A DNA stretch of 63,985 nt, the filler included, from Octopus bimaculoides (taxonomy: Eukaryota), in the NCBI RefSeq assembly GCF_001194135.2. It is 4 parts of 3 records of this genome, joined end to end, with 100 filler letters (N's around TTAATTAATTAA, not from the genome) between each part and the next. Parts side by side here need not be neighbours in the genome. Positions count along the whole stretch, not along the records: positions 62,838 to 63,985 come from NW_026420288.1; 3 more parts are not named here. One strand, given 5' to 3'. Below, piece after piece: positions 63,379 through 63,985 of this stretch (position 1 is its first letter; the number at the start of each line of letters is the position of its first letter). Under the pieces are notes generated by a model. The model was not told the origin of the DNA. It was given only the letters and a program-made list of their open reading frames with translations, and searched no databases. Both the position numbers and the translations under genes were made by a program.

Positions 63379-63553
63379 GTCTATCTATCTGTCTGTCTGT
63401 CTGTCTATCAGTATATCTATACGGGTGTGCGTGTGTGCGCGCGTGGATAGCGGTGTACCGTTGAAAGTAGGGGTTCGCTAAACGGGTATCTTACATACAG
63501 CTTTCCACCTTGTTCTTCTGAGCGCACACACAGACACACAAAACAAACCCCCT

Positions 63554-63595
<42 letters not shown>

Positions 63596-63798
63596 ACGCG
63601 CGCGCGCGCACACACGAACACAGAGCAGACACACACACACAGTGTATACATACATATATACATATATACATATATATATACATATACATGTACATATATA
63701 TGTGTGTGTGTGTGTGTGTAGTTTGTTTTGTCGCTTGAATGCTTTTCGCTGCTACTACTACTTCTACTACTAGCGAATATTATTACTATTATTATTAC

Positions 63799-63856
<58 letters not shown>

Positions 63857-63985
63857 GCTACTGCTGTTGTGCATCGTTCTTTCTTTCTTTCTTTCTTTCT
63901 TCCTTTCTTCCTTCCTTCCGTTCTTTCTTTCTGGTCTGAAAGCTCCGCCTACTTCCACCCTGAAATGTTTCCACCACCACCACCA
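62680..63985. repeat. Dense mixed microsatellite field (AG, TATC, TGTC, TA, CT, TAT, TTTC, CCA)
   Basis: Seen directly. Confidence 0.95.

Overview
Eukaryotic, AT-rich, scaffolded (N-gapped) DNA that is almost entirely intergenic or deep-intronic. The SINE families, microsatellite density and transposon mix point to an Octopus genome (probably O. bimaculoides; recognised from memory, not searched). I recognise no intact host protein-coding gene. The only host-gene hints are a 21-nt microexon candidate (17990-18010, +) and a weak exon candidate near 660-798. Most long ORF-track entries are microsatellite or N-gap artefacts. The window is a dense transposon graveyard. DNA elements: Tc1 (3), mariner, maT/DD37D, hAT, a Helitron, MITEs, and a TIR element carrying a SAP+SWIM ORF (ISL2EU-like). 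Retroelements: several Penelope-like elements (PLEs), RTE, R4/Dong, HERO, CR1/L2 and Tx1/L1 LINEs, and many tRNA-derived SINEs. The most interesting signal is a small non-coding element present twice (10087-10314 and 49540-49821). It fuses a tRNA-derived Pol III head (A and B boxes) to a PLE-type minimal hammerhead ribozyme, so it is a candidate ribozyme-bearing, PLE-mobilised SINE or retrozyme. One copy has an intact ribozyme core and an inverted head; the other is collinear but has the catalytic core deleted. Further hammerhead cores or remnants lie at 26755-26810, 15812-15850 and 5517-5550. All family assignments rest on recognising motifs by eye, and repeat boundaries are approximate unless exact termini are quoted.
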